Below are positions 30,453-40,969 of a stretch of DNA of 64,000 nt, piece by piece. Each line of letters opens with the position of its first letter. Positions within the stretch are counted from its first letter, which is position 1. The stretch is taken from assembly GCA_964609455.1 (NCBI GenBank), contig CAZSRD010000005.1, positions 4,878-68,877 of the forward strand, in the 5' to 3' direction. The position numbers and the translations under genes are program-made. The stretch is from an uncultured Methanosarcinales archaeon. GTDB taxonomy: Archaea; Nanobdellota; Nanobdellia; Woesearchaeales; JACPBV01. Under the pieces are notes generated by a model. The model made no database searches, had not been told where the DNA came from, and saw only the letters and a list, made by a program, of their open reading frames with translations.

Positions 30453-30541
30453 GCCCTGGTGGTGTAGTGGCCTATCATGAAGCCCTGTCGATGCTATAGA
30501 AGCAGAACGGCTTCGACCCGAGTTCGAATCTCGGCCGGGGC
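30453..30541 (+). tRNA. tRNA-Asp(GTC) with an intron of about 17 nt in the anticodon loop
   Basis: GCCCTGGTGGTGTAGTGGCCTATCATG-AAGCC-CTGTC-G[ATGCTATAGAAGCAGAA]C-GGCTT. T-arm CCGAG-TTCGAAT-CTCGG. Acceptor 3' strand CCGGGGC. Closely matches archaeal tRNA-Asp. Confidence 0.8.
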
Positions 30542-30544
30542 GTA

Positions 30545-30657
30545 GGGCCCGTAGCTCAGCCTGGTTAGAGCGCCTCACTTTTAATGAGGTGGCCGCGCGT
30601 TCGAACAGCAGGTCAGCCAAAGGTTGATCACGACGCTCTGAAAATCGCGTCGGGCCC
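30545..30657 (+). tRNA. tRNA-Lys(TTT) with a non-canonical intron of about 39 nt in the T-loop
   Basis: GGGCCCG-TA-GCTC-AGCCTGGTTA-GAGC-G-CCTCA-CTTTTAA-TGAGG-TGGCC-GCGCG-TTCGAA[39 nt]T-CGCGT-CGGGCCC-A. Starts 3 nt after tRNA-Asp. Confidence 0.7.
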
Positions 30658-30674
30658 ATTTTAAAGTCATTAAA

Positions 30675-30917
30675 ATGAAAAAGAAATACGATGTAAACGA
30701 ACACGCGCTGGTTCCTGAACACTCTAAACTAAATGATAAAGAGAAGAAGGACCTCTTGGAAAAGTATCATATTTCTTTAAAGGAACTTCCTAAGATAAGT
30801 AAAAAGGATCCTGCTATCGCCAATCTTAATGTAAAAGAGGGGGATGTAATAAAGATAACAAGGAAAAGTCAAACAGCAGGTGAAGCTATATTCTATAGGG
30901 GTGTAATTAATGTATAA
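30675..30917 (+). CDS. rpoH: DNA-directed RNA polymerase subunit H (Rpb5-like)
   Basis: HALVPEHSKLNDKEKKDLLEKYHISLKELPKI...GDVIKITRKSQTAGEAIFYRGV. Confidence 0.9.
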   Translation: MKKKYDVNEHALVPEHSKLNDKEKKDLLEKYHISLKELPKISKKDPAIANLNVKEGDVIKITRKSQTAGEAIFYRGVINV

Positions 30918-32391
30918 ATATTCTAAAACCTTAATTGCAAAACATTTTAAGGATCAAAGCTTTGTAGATTCAAACATAGCTTCTTTTAATGATTTTGTTG
31001 ATAGGGATTTAGCAAATATAATAGGGGAGAATAAAGAGGTTGTTCCCACAATCTTGCCCCATAATATTGATGATTTTAAGATAAACTTGGACAAGATATG
31101 GGTTACTAAACCAGAGATAACAGAGGCAGATGGAAGCAAAAGGAATATCTACCCGATAGAGGCTAGATTAAGAAAATTAACTTATTCTGCTCCTGTTTTC
31201 ATTGAAGTTTCTGCCCATATCAACGGCGTCCAAAGAGAAAGTTTCACTACACAGATTGGAAACCTGCCAATAATGCTGAAGAGCAAGAACTGCCATTTGC
31301 ATAAATTGAGCAGGGAAGAGCTTATTGAAAAAGGAGAGGATCCTGACGATCCAGGCGGATATTTTGTGATAAATGGAACTGAAAAGGTTTTGATAAATAT
31401 AGAAGATTTAGCCCCTAACAGGGTGCTTGTCGAGAAAGCATCAGGCCCTTCAGAATTTGTAGGCAAATTGTTCTCTGAAAGAGGCTCTTTCAAAATCCCC
31501 CATACCTTAGAGAGAAAGAAGGATGGACTTTTCTATCTTACTTTTACAAGAATTAAAAGAGTGCCTATTGTCGTTATAATAAAAGCTTTAGGCCTGTTAA
31601 AAGATGAGGATATAATGAATTTTGTTTCTAGAGACAAAAAATATGATGAGGTTCTTATCAATCTGTTTGAATTTGTGGATATAAAGGCAGAAGAAGAAGC
31701 TTTAGACTATATTGCTAAAAAGGTTGGAATAACACAAAGCAAAGAGATCAGAGTAGAGAGGATGAAAGAAATTTTAGACAAATATTTATTGCCCCATCTC
31801 GGAGTTAATAAGGAAGACAGAATATATAAGGCTTATAATCTGTGCAAAATAATCAGGCGCTTCATTAATGTAGCTGATGGAACATTAAATGTGGCGGATA
31901 AGGACCATTATATGAATAAAAGGCTGAAGTTAAGCGGAGATCTGTTAGGGGATTTGTTTAGGGTTAATTTAAAGGTCTTGATAGGAGACTTGTTATATAA
32001 TTTTCAGAGGATTGTTAAAAGAGGCAAATTCCCATCTATCAAAGTTATCATCAGGGATAAACTTTTGACGCAGAGGATTTATTCTTCTATGGCAACAGGC
32101 AATTGGGTTGGCGGCAGAAAAGGAATTTCGCAGAGAATCCAGAGATTGAATTTCTTAGAGTCATTAAGCCATCTGCAAAGAGTTGTCTCACCATTGTCCG
32201 CTTCACAGGAGAATTTTGAGGCTAGAGAACTGCATAGCACTCATTTGGGGAGATTATGCCCAATAGAAACTCCAGAAGGAACCAATATTGGGTTAAGGAA
32301 AAATCTTTCATTATTATGCTCTGTTTCATCAGAAGGAAATGAGGAAGAAACATTGAAATCATTAAAAAACCTGGGGTTAAAGGGTTATTAA
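30910..32391 (+). CDS. rpoB2: RNA polymerase subunit B'' (N-terminal half of Rpb2)
   Basis: Typical split-B layout. Motifs GYFVINGTEKVLI, GNWVGGRKG, CPIETPEGTNIGL. Confidence 0.9.
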   Translation: MYKYSKTLIAKHFKDQSFVDSNIASFNDFVDRDLANIIGENKEVVPTILPHNIDDFKINLDKIWVTKPEITEADGSKRNIYPIEARLRKLTYSAPVFIEVSAHINGVQRESFTTQIGNLPIMLKSKNCHLHKLSREELIEKGEDPDDPGGYFVINGTEKVLINIEDLAPNRVLVEKASGPSEFVGKLFSERGSFKIPHTLERKKDGLFYLTFTRIKRVPIVVIIKALGLLKDEDIMNFVSRDKKYDEVLINLFEFVDIKAEEEALDYIAKKVGITQSKEIRVERMKEILDKYLLPHLGVNKEDRIYKAYNLCKIIRRFINVADGTLNVADKDHYMNKRLKLSGDLLGDLFRVNLKVLIGDLLYNFQRIVKRGKFPSIKVIIRDKLLTQRIYSSMATGNWVGGRKGISQRIQRLNFLESLSHLQRVVSPLSASQENFEARELHSTHLGRLCPIETPEGTNIGLRKNLSLLCSVSSEGNEEETLKSLKNLGLKGY

Positions 32392-32392
32392 T

Positions 32393-34195
32393 ATGAGCGA
32401 AGTATACCTAAATTCAAAATTTGTAGGCGAAGTTGATGAGCCAAGATTGTTTGTTGAGAAGGTTAAAGAAGAGAGAAGAAAGGGCAAGATAAATTCCAAT
32501 CTTAATGTATATCATAATGACAAAGCAGATATTGTTGAGGTTGAGTGCGGGAAAGGAAGAGCGAGAAGGCCTTTAATTGTTGTTAAAGAAGGCCAGCCAT
32601 TATTGACAGAAAAGCATGTTAAGCAGCTGGAGAAAGATGAGATATCTTGGAATGATCTGATACAGCAGGGCGTAATAGAATACATTGATGCTGCTGAAGA
32701 AGAGAATTGTTTTGTTGCTTTTTTTGATTCTGAACTTACACCTGAGCATACACATCTGGAAATAACGCCTTTGTCTATGCTGGGGTTAGCTACTTCTTTG
32801 GTCCCTTATGGGAATTTCAACCAATCAACAAGGTTAAATGCCGGCTCTAAAAACCAAAAACAGGCTTTGGGTTTTTATGTTTCAAATTTTTCTGTTAGGA
32901 TGGATATGGATGTTAATCTGTTGTACGAGCCTCACGTGCCAATTACACAGACAATTGTCCATGAAATATCTGATTATGACAAGCATCCAGCAGGGCAGAA
33001 TCTAGTAGTAGCGATAATGTCTTACAAAGGGTATAATATGGAAGATGCCATTATACTGAATGGCGGCTCTATCCAAAGGGGATTAGCAAGAAGCTCATAC
33101 TACAGGCCTTCCATTGCTGAAGAATTAAGGTATGCTGGCGGGTTAGTTGATGAAGTAAGCATACCTGATAAAGATGTTAAGGGCTATAAATCAGAAAAGG
33201 ATTACAGATTTTTAGAGGGAGACGGAATAATTTATCCAGAAGCTGATATAAAAGAAGGAGATGTTATAATTGGAAAGACATCACCACCAAGGTTCTTGAG
33301 CTCATTAGACGAGTATAATCTGGCATCGTCAACCAGAAGGGAAAGCTCAGTTAGCGTGAAACATGGCGAGAAAGGAGTTGTAGACTTTGTTTTGATAACA
33401 GAAAATGAAGAAGGCAATAAGCTTGTTCAAGTGAGAGTTAGAGATGAAAGGATACCAGAAGTTGGAGATAAATTTACATCAAGGCACGGGCAGAAAGGAG
33501 TTGTAGGCTTAATCGTTCCTGAAGCTGATATTCCATTTTCTGCATCAGGCATAAAACCGGATTTAATATTCTCCCCACACGGAATTCCATCTAGAATGAC
33601 TATTTCACATTTAATTGAATTGATAGCAGGGAAGGTTGGAGCTTTGAATGCCAGGTACATAAACGGAACAACATTTGATTCTGAGCCGGAAGAAAGGCTA
33701 AGAAAAGAGCTTTTAAGCTTAGGGTTTAAGGAGAATGGCACTGAAATGATGTATGATGGAGAAACAGGAGAGCCATACGAAGCTAAGATCTACATGGGTA
33801 ATATGTATTACCTAAAGTTAAAGCACATGGTTTCAAATAAATTGCATTCAAGGGCTAGAGGGCCAATACAGCTTCTTACAAGACAGCCTACTGAAGGAAG
33901 AGCAAAAGAAGGAGGCTTGAGATTAGGAGAGATGGAGAAGGATACTTTTGTTGCTCATGGCGCGGCCCTATTATTGAAGGAAAGATTTGATTCAGACAAA
34001 ACTACTGTGCCGGTGTGTGAGGGCTGCGGATTAATAGCTATTAGGGATGAATTCAAAAATAAGAGCTATTGTCCAATATGCGGTGATAATACCGAGATAT
34101 CCTTTATTGAAATATCGTATGCTTTTAAGCTTATATTAGACGAGTTCAAGTCATTATGCATATATCCAAAATTACTTTTGAAAAGCAAATATTAG
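32393..34195 (+). CDS. rpoB1: RNA polymerase subunit B' (C-terminal half of Rpb2)
   Basis: SRHGQKGVVG, GEMEKDTFVAHGAA, and a C-terminal zinc ribbon CEGCG...CPICG. Confidence 0.9.
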   Translation: MSEVYLNSKFVGEVDEPRLFVEKVKEERRKGKINSNLNVYHNDKADIVEVECGKGRARRPLIVVKEGQPLLTEKHVKQLEKDEISWNDLIQQGVIEYIDAAEEENCFVAFFDSELTPEHTHLEITPLSMLGLATSLVPYGNFNQSTRLNAGSKNQKQALGFYVSNFSVRMDMDVNLLYEPHVPITQTIVHEISDYDKHPAGQNLVVAIMSYKGYNMEDAIILNGGSIQRGLARSSYYRPSIAEELRYAGGLVDEVSIPDKDVKGYKSEKDYRFLEGDGIIYPEADIKEGDVIIGKTSPPRFLSSLDEYNLASSTRRESSVSVKHGEKGVVDFVLITENEEGNKLVQVRVRDERIPEVGDKFTSRHGQKGVVGLIVPEADIPFSASGIKPDLIFSPHGIPSRMTISHLIELIAGKVGALNARYINGTTFDSEPEERLRKELLSLGFKENGTEMMYDGETGEPYEAKIYMGNMYYLKLKHMVSNKLHSRARGPIQLLTRQPTEGRAKEGGLRLGEMEKDTFVAHGAALLLKERFDSDKTTVPVCEGCGLIAIRDEFKNKSYCPICGDNTEISFIEISYAFKLILDEFKSLCIYPKLLLKSKY

Positions 34196-34204
34196 GTTAA
34201 AAAA

Positions 34205-36964
34205 ATGGCAGAAGAACAGGAAAATAAACTTTCTTTATCTCAGGCAAAGCCTGAGAAAGCAAAAAAGGAAGCTAAGGAAGAAAAGGCTAAATCCAAAAAG
34301 GAAGCAAAAGAAGAGAGCAAAGAATCAAGCAAAAAAGAGACAGGAAGAATAGAGACTCAGGAAATTTTTGTGAATAAAAAAGTAAGCAGCTTGATTTTCT
34401 CAGTTTTAGCTCCAAAAATGATAAAACAAATGGCTTCTGCTAAGATAGTCACACCTGAATTGTATGATAAGGAAGGTTACCCAGTAGACGGCGGATTGAT
34501 GGATATTAGATTGGGGGTTATAGATCCAGGATTGAAATGCAAGACTTGCGGAAGCAAGTTAAAAGAATGTTCTGGACATTTTGGCTATATTGAGCTGGCA
34601 AGGCCAATAGTCCATATAAAATTTGTTAATGTAATCATGAATTTGTTAAAAAGCACCTGTAGAGATTGCGGCAGGATATTGATACCAAAAAACAAGATAG
34701 ATATTGCTGTTAAGGAGCTGGATAAAATTGAGCTGGAAGCAGGCATTGAATCAAGAAGGCAATATGTAAAAGATATTATCAAGAATCTTAAAACAGTAAA
34801 CAAATGCCCCTGGTGCAAGGCAAGGCAGCAGAAAATATCTTTGGAGAAACCAACTACTTATCTGGAAAACGATAAAAGGCTAAACCCAATAGAAATAAGA
34901 ACAAGGCTCGAGAAAGTAACTGATGAAGATCTTGAGTCATTTGGAATAGTGCCAAAGTATGCAAGGCCAGAATGGATGATATTGACTATTCTTCCCATTC
35001 CTCCTGTTACAATGAGGCCCTCTATTACTTTAGAATCTGGTGAGCGTTCAGAAGATGACCTTACCCACAAGCTTGGGGATATTGTAAGAATTAACCAGAG
35101 ATTATTTGAAAATATAAATGCAGGGGCTCCTGAGATAATAATTGAGGATTTGTGGGATTTATTGCAATACCATATAACAACATTTTTTGATAATAATGTT
35201 GCAGAGCTTCCTCCTGCCAGGCACAGATCAGGACAACCGCTTAAAACAGTTACTGAAAGAATAAAAAGCAAGGAAGGCAGAATAAGGCATAATCTAGCTG
35301 GAAAGAGAACAAATTTCTCAGCAAGGACAGTTATCAGCCCAGATCCAATGCTTGATCTGAATGAAGTTGGAGTGCCTATGGAAATTGCAATGAAAATGAC
35401 TGTTCCAGAAAGAGTTAATGACTGGAATATGGAATACTTAAAAAAATTCGTTAAGAACGGCCCTAGCAAATACCCTGGAGCCAATTATATCATAAGGCCT
35501 GATGGAAAAAAGAAAAAATTAACAGAAGAAACTATTGAAGCAAGTTTGGAAGAGATTCAGCCAGGATACATAGTTGAGAGGCAACTTATAGACAGGGATA
35601 TTGCTATTTTTAACAGACAGCCATCATTGCATAGGATGTCAATGATGTGCCATAGAGTTAAGGTTCTTCCTTACAAAACATTTAGGTTGAGCCCGGCTGT
35701 TTGCCACCCATACAATGCGGATTTTGATGGAGATGAGATGAATTTACATATACCTCAAACAGAAGAGGCAAGAGCAGAGGCAGAGGTATTGATGGAAGTT
35801 CAGACACAGCTGATTTCTCCAAGATACGGGCTAAGCATTATAGGCTGCGTTCAGGATGCTATATCCGGCAATTACTTACTAACAAAGGGAATGGAATTTA
35901 AGAGAAACGAAGCTGTTTCATTGTTAGCTGCTGCAAGTATAAATGATTTTTCAAAATTACCTAAGAGAGAGATTGTAACGGGGAAAGATGTATTCTCTGT
36001 GCTGATACCTGATGATTTTAATTTTACCGGGAGAGCCAGGCATTATGACCCTATGCTTGATAAAAAAGCAAATATGGAAAAGGACGCTTATGTTGTTATT
36101 AAAGATGGGCAATTGATATCAGGGGTTATGGACAGAAATAATTTAGGAGAAGGTTCAGGATTATTATTAAGAAATATCCATAAGAGGTATGGGAAAGAGA
36201 AGACTATTGACTTATTGGGCAAGTTATTCAGGTTAGGGATTGAGGTGCTGTTAAAAGTTGGTTTTACTACAGCAATCTCTGATACAGACTTGCCAGAGAG
36301 CGCAGTCTTAAACATAAGGGAAACATTAAGCAATGCCAGAAAGGAAGTTGAGGAATTAATCAATCTTTACAATAATAACAAGTTAGATGCTTTCCCCGGA
36401 AAGACATTGAAGGAAACTTTAGAATTAAAGATATTAGAGGTTTTGAATAGAGCGAGAAACAGGACTGGAGAATTAGTGGCTAAACATGCAGATAAAAAGA
36501 CACACACAATGGTAATGGCAGATTCAGGAGCCAGAGGCAACTTACTAAATTTAGCGCAAATGGCAGCTTGTGTAGGGCAGCAGGCTATGAGGGGCAAAAG
36601 AATAGAGAAAGGCTATAGCCAAAGAACATTATCCTGCTTTAAGAAAGGGGATTTAAGCCCCGAAGCCCATGGTTTCATCTCAAATGGATTTAAAACGGGG
36701 TTGAATCCTTCAGAGTTCTTTTTTGGCGCTATGACTGGCAGAGATTCATTGATGGATACCGCTCTCAGGACTCCAAAATCAGGTTATCTTTATAGAAGAC
36801 TGGCTAATGCTATGCAGGATTTGAAAACAGAATACGACGGAACGATAAGGGACGCTGCAAAAAGGATTATACAGTTTAGTTATGGTGAAGATGGGATAGA
36901 TGTTTCAAAATCAGAAGGTGGAATATTAAATATAAAAAGAATCATAAAAACAGTAGGTGGATGA
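34205..36964 (+). CDS. rpoA1: RNA polymerase subunit A' with a Lys/Glu-rich N-terminal extension
   Basis: [35 protein letters not shown] (catalytic DxDGD), [13 protein letters not shown]. Confidence 0.95.
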   Translation: MAEEQENKLSLSQAKPEKAKKEAKEEKAKSKKEAKEESKESSKKETGRIETQEIFVNKKVSSLIFSVLAPKMIKQMASAKIVTPELYDKEGYPVDGGLMDIRLGVIDPGLKCKTCGSKLKECSGHFGYIELARPIVHIKFVNVIMNLLKSTCRDCGRILIPKNKIDIAVKELDKIELEAGIESRRQYVKDIIKNLKTVNKCPWCKARQQKISLEKPTTYLENDKRLNPIEIRTRLEKVTDEDLESFGIVPKYARPEWMILTILPIPPVTMRPSITLESGERSEDDLTHKLGDIVRINQRLFENINAGAPEIIIEDLWDLLQYHITTFFDNNVAELPPARHRSGQPLKTVTERIKSKEGRIRHNLAGKRTNFSARTVISPDPMLDLNEVGVPMEIAMKMTVPERVNDWNMEYLKKFVKNGPSKYPGANYIIRPDGKKKKLTEETIEASLEEIQPGYIVERQLIDRDIAIFNRQPSLHRMSMMCHRVKVLPYKTFRLSPAVCHPYNADFDGDEMNLHIPQTEEARAEAEVLMEVQTQLISPRYGLSIIGCVQDAISGNYLLTKGMEFKRNEAVSLLAAASINDFSKLPKREIVTGKDVFSVLIPDDFNFTGRARHYDPMLDKKANMEKDAYVVIKDGQLISGVMDRNNLGEGSGLLLRNIHKRYGKEKTIDLLGKLFRLGIEVLLKVGFTTAISDTDLPESAVLNIRETLSNARKEVEELINLYNNNKLDAFPGKTLKETLELKILEVLNRARNRTGELVAKHADKKTHTMVMADSGARGNLLNLAQMAACVGQQAMRGKRIEKGYSQRTLSCFKKGDLSPEAHGFISNGFKTGLNPSEFFFGAMTGRDSLMDTALRTPKSGYLYRRLANAMQDLKTEYDGTIRDAAKRIIQFSYGEDGIDVSKSEGGILNIKRIIKTVGG

Positions 36965-38094
36965 TGATGTCAATATTTACAGAACACAAAGATAGGTTGC
37001 CTAAAAATATTTTGGATCAGCTTAAGGAGTATACGAAAGATATGTCTGATGCTAAAATCAAGAAAGTCTTTGAAGCTACATTGGAAGAATATGAAAATGC
37101 CCAGGCTGAACCCGGCGAGTGCGTGGGTATTGTTTCTGCAGAGAGCATTGGCGAACCTGGAACGCAGATGACCCTGAACACATTCCATTTTGCAGGAGTT
37201 GCAGAGATGAACGTTACAATGGGCCTTCCAAGAATTATTGAAATATTAGATGGAAGAAAAGAATTAAAGACGCCCATGATGGAAATTTATCTTAAAGAGC
37301 CGCATTCAAAAGGGAAGGACATAAGAAAGCTAGCTTTAAGCATAAAGGAAACTCTGATAGAGGAAGTTGTTTCTGAATTTTCTATTAATATTGCCGATTA
37401 TGTTATTGAACTGAAATTAGATCTAGAGAAAATGAAAGAGATAGGCGTTACAGAGAATACTATTGTTGGCGCCTTAAAACAAGGCATCAAGGGATATAAT
37501 GTAAGGGAGACAAAGGAATCGGTTGTTTTAAAAGCAAAAACAAAAGAAGACAGCATCAACCAGGTTTATCTGGATAAAGAAAAAATCAAGAAAATACATT
37601 TAAAGGGCGTAAAAGGCATATCCCAGGTATTGCCTGTAAGAAGGGGGGAAGAGTATATAATAATCACATCAGGCACTAACATGAAAGAGATTCTAGAGCT
37701 CGATTATGTGGATGCTACAAGGACAACAACAAATGATATTTTTGAGATAGGCAAAACTTTAGGCATTGAGGCAGCAAGACAATCTATTATTAAAGAGGTC
37801 TTTAAGGTTATTGAGAGCCAAGGATTAGATGTTGATATAAGGCACATAATGCTGGTAGCTGATACAATGTGCAATTCTGGCATGGTAAAAGGAATTACAA
37901 GGTATGGCGTTGTTTCAGAAAAAAGCTCTGTTTTAGCAAGAGCAAGCTTTGAGACGCCAATCAGGCACATTATTGGCGCAGCTTTGATAGGTGAAGAGGA
38001 TAAGCTTGATTCTGTTGTTGAGAATGTTATGTTGAATCAGCCCGTGCCTGTAGGCACAGGATTGCCAGGCTTAGTTACAAAAGTGAAAAAATAA
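36961..38094 (+). CDS. rpoA2: RNA polymerase subunit A''
   Basis: [17 protein letters not shown] (trigger loop/bridge region of Rpb1 C-terminus). Confidence 0.9.
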   Translation: MMMSIFTEHKDRLPKNILDQLKEYTKDMSDAKIKKVFEATLEEYENAQAEPGECVGIVSAESIGEPGTQMTLNTFHFAGVAEMNVTMGLPRIIEILDGRKELKTPMMEIYLKEPHSKGKDIRKLALSIKETLIEEVVSEFSINIADYVIELKLDLEKMKEIGVTENTIVGALKQGIKGYNVRETKESVVLKAKTKEDSINQVYLDKEKIKKIHLKGVKGISQVLPVRRGEEYIIITSGTNMKEILELDYVDATRTTTNDIFEIGKTLGIEAARQSIIKEVFKVIESQGLDVDIRHIMLVADTMCNSGMVKGITRYGVVSEKSSVLARASFETPIRHIIGAALIGEEDKLDSVVENVMLNQPVPVGTGLPGLVTKVKK

Positions 38095-38113
38095 AAAATG
38101 CTAAGGCATTTTT
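38095..38113 (+). terminator. hairpin AAAATGC-TAAG-GCATTTT followed by T, downstream of rpoA2
   Basis: 7-bp inverted repeat immediately after the stop codon. Confidence 0.3.
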
Positions 38114-38139
38114 AATTGTAAAAAACCGAGGTTTTTAAC

Positions 38140-38421
38140 ATGGTGGAAAAAGTAGTTGACAAGAACATTGCTGAAATAAGGAAGCTGTTGAAGAACAAGG
38201 GCACAATAATAGGCAGCGAGAGAACTTTGAAAAACTTGAAATTGGGCAAGGTAAAAAAGGTTTATTTAAGCTCTAATTGCGCTGATGATGTTAGGGATAG
38301 AATTGAGCATTACTCTAAATTGAGCAAAGCAGAGATTGTTAAGCTGAACTACCCTAATCTAGAATTAGGCATACTGTGCAAGAAGCCATTTTCTATTTCT
38401 GTTTTGAGTGTAATGAAATGA
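38140..38421 (+). CDS. rpl30e: ribosomal protein L30e
   Basis: L7Ae/L30e-fold sequence IRKLLKNKGTIIGSERTLKNLKLGKVKKVYLSSNC, in the conserved rpoA2-L30e-NusA-S12-S7 order. Confidence 0.85.
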   Translation: MVEKVVDKNIAEIRKLLKNKGTIIGSERTLKNLKLGKVKKVYLSSNCADDVRDRIEHYSKLSKAEIVKLNYPNLELGILCKKPFSISVLSVMK

Positions 38422-38831
38422 ATAAGATCAAATATGACATTAACACTATGAAATATATTCAGATATTCGAGGCTATGACCCATACTAGACTAAAAGATTG
38501 CGTAGCTAATGAAGTGCTGTTGTTTATTGTTGAAGAAAATGAGATCGGCAAGGCAATCGGAAAGGGGGGGAGCAATGTTAAAAGGCTGGAGGGCCTGCTA
38601 AAGAAAAGGATAAAGATAGTTGAGTTCAATCCTGATGTTAAACATTTTATAAATAATTTTGTTATGCCGCTTCAAGTCAGGGGCATTACTGAAGAGAATG
38701 GAGTAATTACCCTCACTGGGCCAGATACAAAAACAAAGGGCCTTTTGATAGGCAGGGATGCTAAAAACCTTAATCATCTGAAGGATATTGTAAGGAGGTA
38801 TTTTGAGGTTGAGGATATTAAGGTTGTTTAA
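38418..38831 (+). CDS. nusA: archaeal NusA-like KH-domain protein; start placed at MNKIKYD rather than the ORF-track start
   Basis: KH motif [18 protein letters not shown]. The chosen start overlaps the L30e stop (ATGA). Confidence 0.8.
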   Translation: MNKIKYDINTMKYIQIFEAMTHTRLKDCVANEVLLFIVEENEIGKAIGKGGSNVKRLEGLLKKRIKIVEFNPDVKHFINNFVMPLQVRGITEENGVITLTGPDTKTKGLLIGRDAKNLNHLKDIVRRYFEVEDIKVV

Positions 38832-38916
38832 CCAAAACCTATTGTCCCAATACTTTACGTTCTCGCTTCGCTCAAGCATAAAGTTTATAAATGGAATGTC
38901 AATTCTCAATATTAAA

Positions 38917-39354
38917 ATGGGAAAGAAATCTAGGGGATTAAATGCAGGAAACAGGCTGAGGAAGAAAAGAGCCAGATTTAGGTGGAGCAATAAATGGTAC
39001 ACAAGAAGGATGAAGGATTTAAAGGCAAAATCAGATCCTTTAAAAGGCTCTTCACAAGCTAAAGGGATTGTTCTTGAAAAAGTTCAATTTGAAGCAAAGC
39101 AGCCAAACTCCGCTATGAGAAAATGTGTCAGGGTTCAGCTGGTTAAGAATGGAAGGCAAGTAACTGCTTTTTGCCCTGGCGATGGCGCTACAAAACTTAT
39201 TGATGAGCACGATGAGGTAATGATTGAGTGTATTGGCGGGGCTATGGGCAAGTCCAAAGGAGACATTCCAGGGGTTAGATGGCAGGTTATCAAAGTTAAT
39301 GATCAGAGTTTAGATGCTTTAAGAAAAGGAATAAGGGAGAAGGCTAGAAAATGA
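38917..39354 (+). CDS. rps12: ribosomal protein S12 (uS12); start at MGKKSRG, not the ORF-track start
   Basis: [24 protein letters not shown]...[13 protein letters not shown]...TAFCPGDG. Confidence 0.9.
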   Translation: MGKKSRGLNAGNRLRKKRARFRWSNKWYTRRMKDLKAKSDPLKGSSQAKGIVLEKVQFEAKQPNSAMRKCVRVQLVKNGRQVTAFCPGDGATKLIDEHDEVMIECIGGAMGKSKGDIPGVRWQVIKVNDQSLDALRKGIREKARK

Positions 39355-39950
39355 GCGAGTTATTAGCTTTTAACAAATGGAGCACAGAGGGCATTAAGGT
39401 AGAAGACCCAGGATTAGCTAATTACATCACACTTGAGCCTAGGATAGTCCCTAAGACAGGAGCTAGGTACCATGGCAATAAATTTCACAAATCTAAGGTT
39501 TTTATTGTTGAAAGGCTGATAAATAAAATTATGGTTCCAGGGCATAAGGCTAAGAAACATTATAGAACCAGCTATAAAGTAACTGGAAAAGCCCAGACAG
39601 CTTATGATATTGTTGAAAAAACTTTTAGGCTAATAGAGAAGCAGACAAAAGAGAACCCTATAAAGATTTTTGTAAAAGCTCTTGAGAATGCCTCTCAGCG
39701 TGAAGAGATTATTACAATTGAATATGGCGGAGCCAGATACCCAAAAGCTGTTGAGTGCGCTCCTCAAAGAAGAGTTGATATTGTCCTTAGGTTAATGGCA
39801 CAAGGCGCTTATCACAGGTCTTTTAACTCTAAGAAGAGCATGGTTAATTGTTTAGCAGATGAGATAATTGCTGCTTATAAGCTAGACAGATCTTCTAATG
39901 CTGTTTCTAAGAAGCTGGAAGTTGAAAGACAGGCTGATGCGTCGAGATAA
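39351..39950 (+). CDS. rps7: ribosomal protein S7 (uS7)
   Basis: [16 protein letters not shown]...VERLINKIM...[20 protein letters not shown]. Confidence 0.9.
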   Translation: MSELLAFNKWSTEGIKVEDPGLANYITLEPRIVPKTGARYHGNKFHKSKVFIVERLINKIMVPGHKAKKHYRTSYKVTGKAQTAYDIVEKTFRLIEKQTKENPIKIFVKALENASQREEIITIEYGGARYPKAVECAPQRRVDIVLRLMAQGAYHRSFNSKKSMVNCLADEIIAAYKLDRSSNAVSKKLEVERQADASR

Positions 39951-40015
39951 ATTCTCTAATTTAAGAGAGAAAAATATTTAAAGCTGGATAGATTCTTGCA
40001 TATTAAGGTGGTTTT

Positions 40016-40858
40016 ATGTCGATTTTAGATAGGATATATTATGGATTAGCAGATGTTGGCAGGACAGTTGCATTTACAGGTATTTTTGGAGCTGCTGTTC
40101 TAGGTGGCCATGTTCCTTCTTATGTTTATTCTGCTGAGCCACCTGCTAAAATAGAGCCAGATAAACTTTCTATTGATGAATTGGTGTCTCGCGCTGAGAA
40201 AAATTGCGAGCAAGCCAGAAATGCTAAAGAAAACCAGAAAGAATTGTATGGGAAGGTTCTTGAGGATTCAGTAAAAGTAGCAAAGCTAATAAAAGGGGGT
40301 AAAGAAAAACCTTCTCCTGAAGATATGCCCTCATTCTATTTCGCTTGCAAACTTCAAGCAGAGGCCTTATACTCTCTCAAAAAATATGACCAGGAGTTGA
40401 GCGTTCTAGATGAGCTTATCAATTTAATGGAGGGTAAGGGAAAAGATAAACTAAGCGGAGAAGATTTAAGCTTATTAGCAGATGCCTACATGCCTAAAGG
40501 GGATGCTTTTAGGAAGTTAAAGAATTATAAAGGGGCTGTTGAAGCATTTAAGACAGCTTTTGAACTTTTGCAAAAGAGATTAAATGCAGAAAAGGAATAT
40601 GAAGGCAGGAAGTATGATGGAGAGAGCTTAGTTTATGTAAAGTCTCGATGGATTGAGGCCAAATATTTTGGAGAACTGGTTCCTATGTATAAAGAGCTGC
40701 ATAAGTTGAAAAAAGGAACACCGGAAGCAGAAGCTAAAGCTAAGGAAGCACTTGAAAAATGCGATGAAATATTAAAGATTGGTGAAGGCTCTGATGATAG
40801 ATTATTAAAGAGTGTAGAGCTAATTAAAAAGACAGCGAAAGATATTCTAGGTAAATAG
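40016..40858 (+). CDS. hypothetical membrane-anchored helical protein
   Basis: N-terminal hydrophobic segment, then a TPR or coiled-coil-like helical region. Confidence 0.35.
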   Translation: MSILDRIYYGLADVGRTVAFTGIFGAAVLGGHVPSYVYSAEPPAKIEPDKLSIDELVSRAEKNCEQARNAKENQKELYGKVLEDSVKVAKLIKGGKEKPSPEDMPSFYFACKLQAEALYSLKKYDQELSVLDELINLMEGKGKDKLSGEDLSLLADAYMPKGDAFRKLKNYKGAVEAFKTAFELLQKRLNAEKEYEGRKYDGESLVYVKSRWIEAKYFGELVPMYKELHKLKKGTPEAEAKAKEALEKCDEILKIGEGSDDRLLKSVELIKKTAKDILGK

Positions 40859-40969
40859 TTTTACGATGTACTTATATCCAATTTTAAGTTGAAAGTGTAA
40901 TAGAAAGAATTGCTACCTTAAATTGGTTTAAAAAGACTAATTTTGAAGAAAAGAGAAACTTTTCTACAA

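Noticed and set aside
30396-30722. 108-aa ORF on the minus strand
   Set aside because: It is antisense across the tRNA-Asp and tRNA-Lys genes and the rpoH start. The tRNA structures explain this DNA.
21690-37970. Numerous 60-200-aa antisense or overlapping ORFs inside fusA, tuf, rpoB, rpoA and other long genes
   Set aside because: They sit entirely within strongly supported conserved genes. No motifs were seen; they are typical open frames opposite long conserved genes.
38376-39354. Long N-terminal extensions in the ORF-track versions of NusA (from 38376), S12 (from 38803) and S8e (from 56356)
   Set aside because: The extensions overlap upstream genes and lack similarity. Internal Met starts (38418, 38917, 56437) give canonical N-termini.
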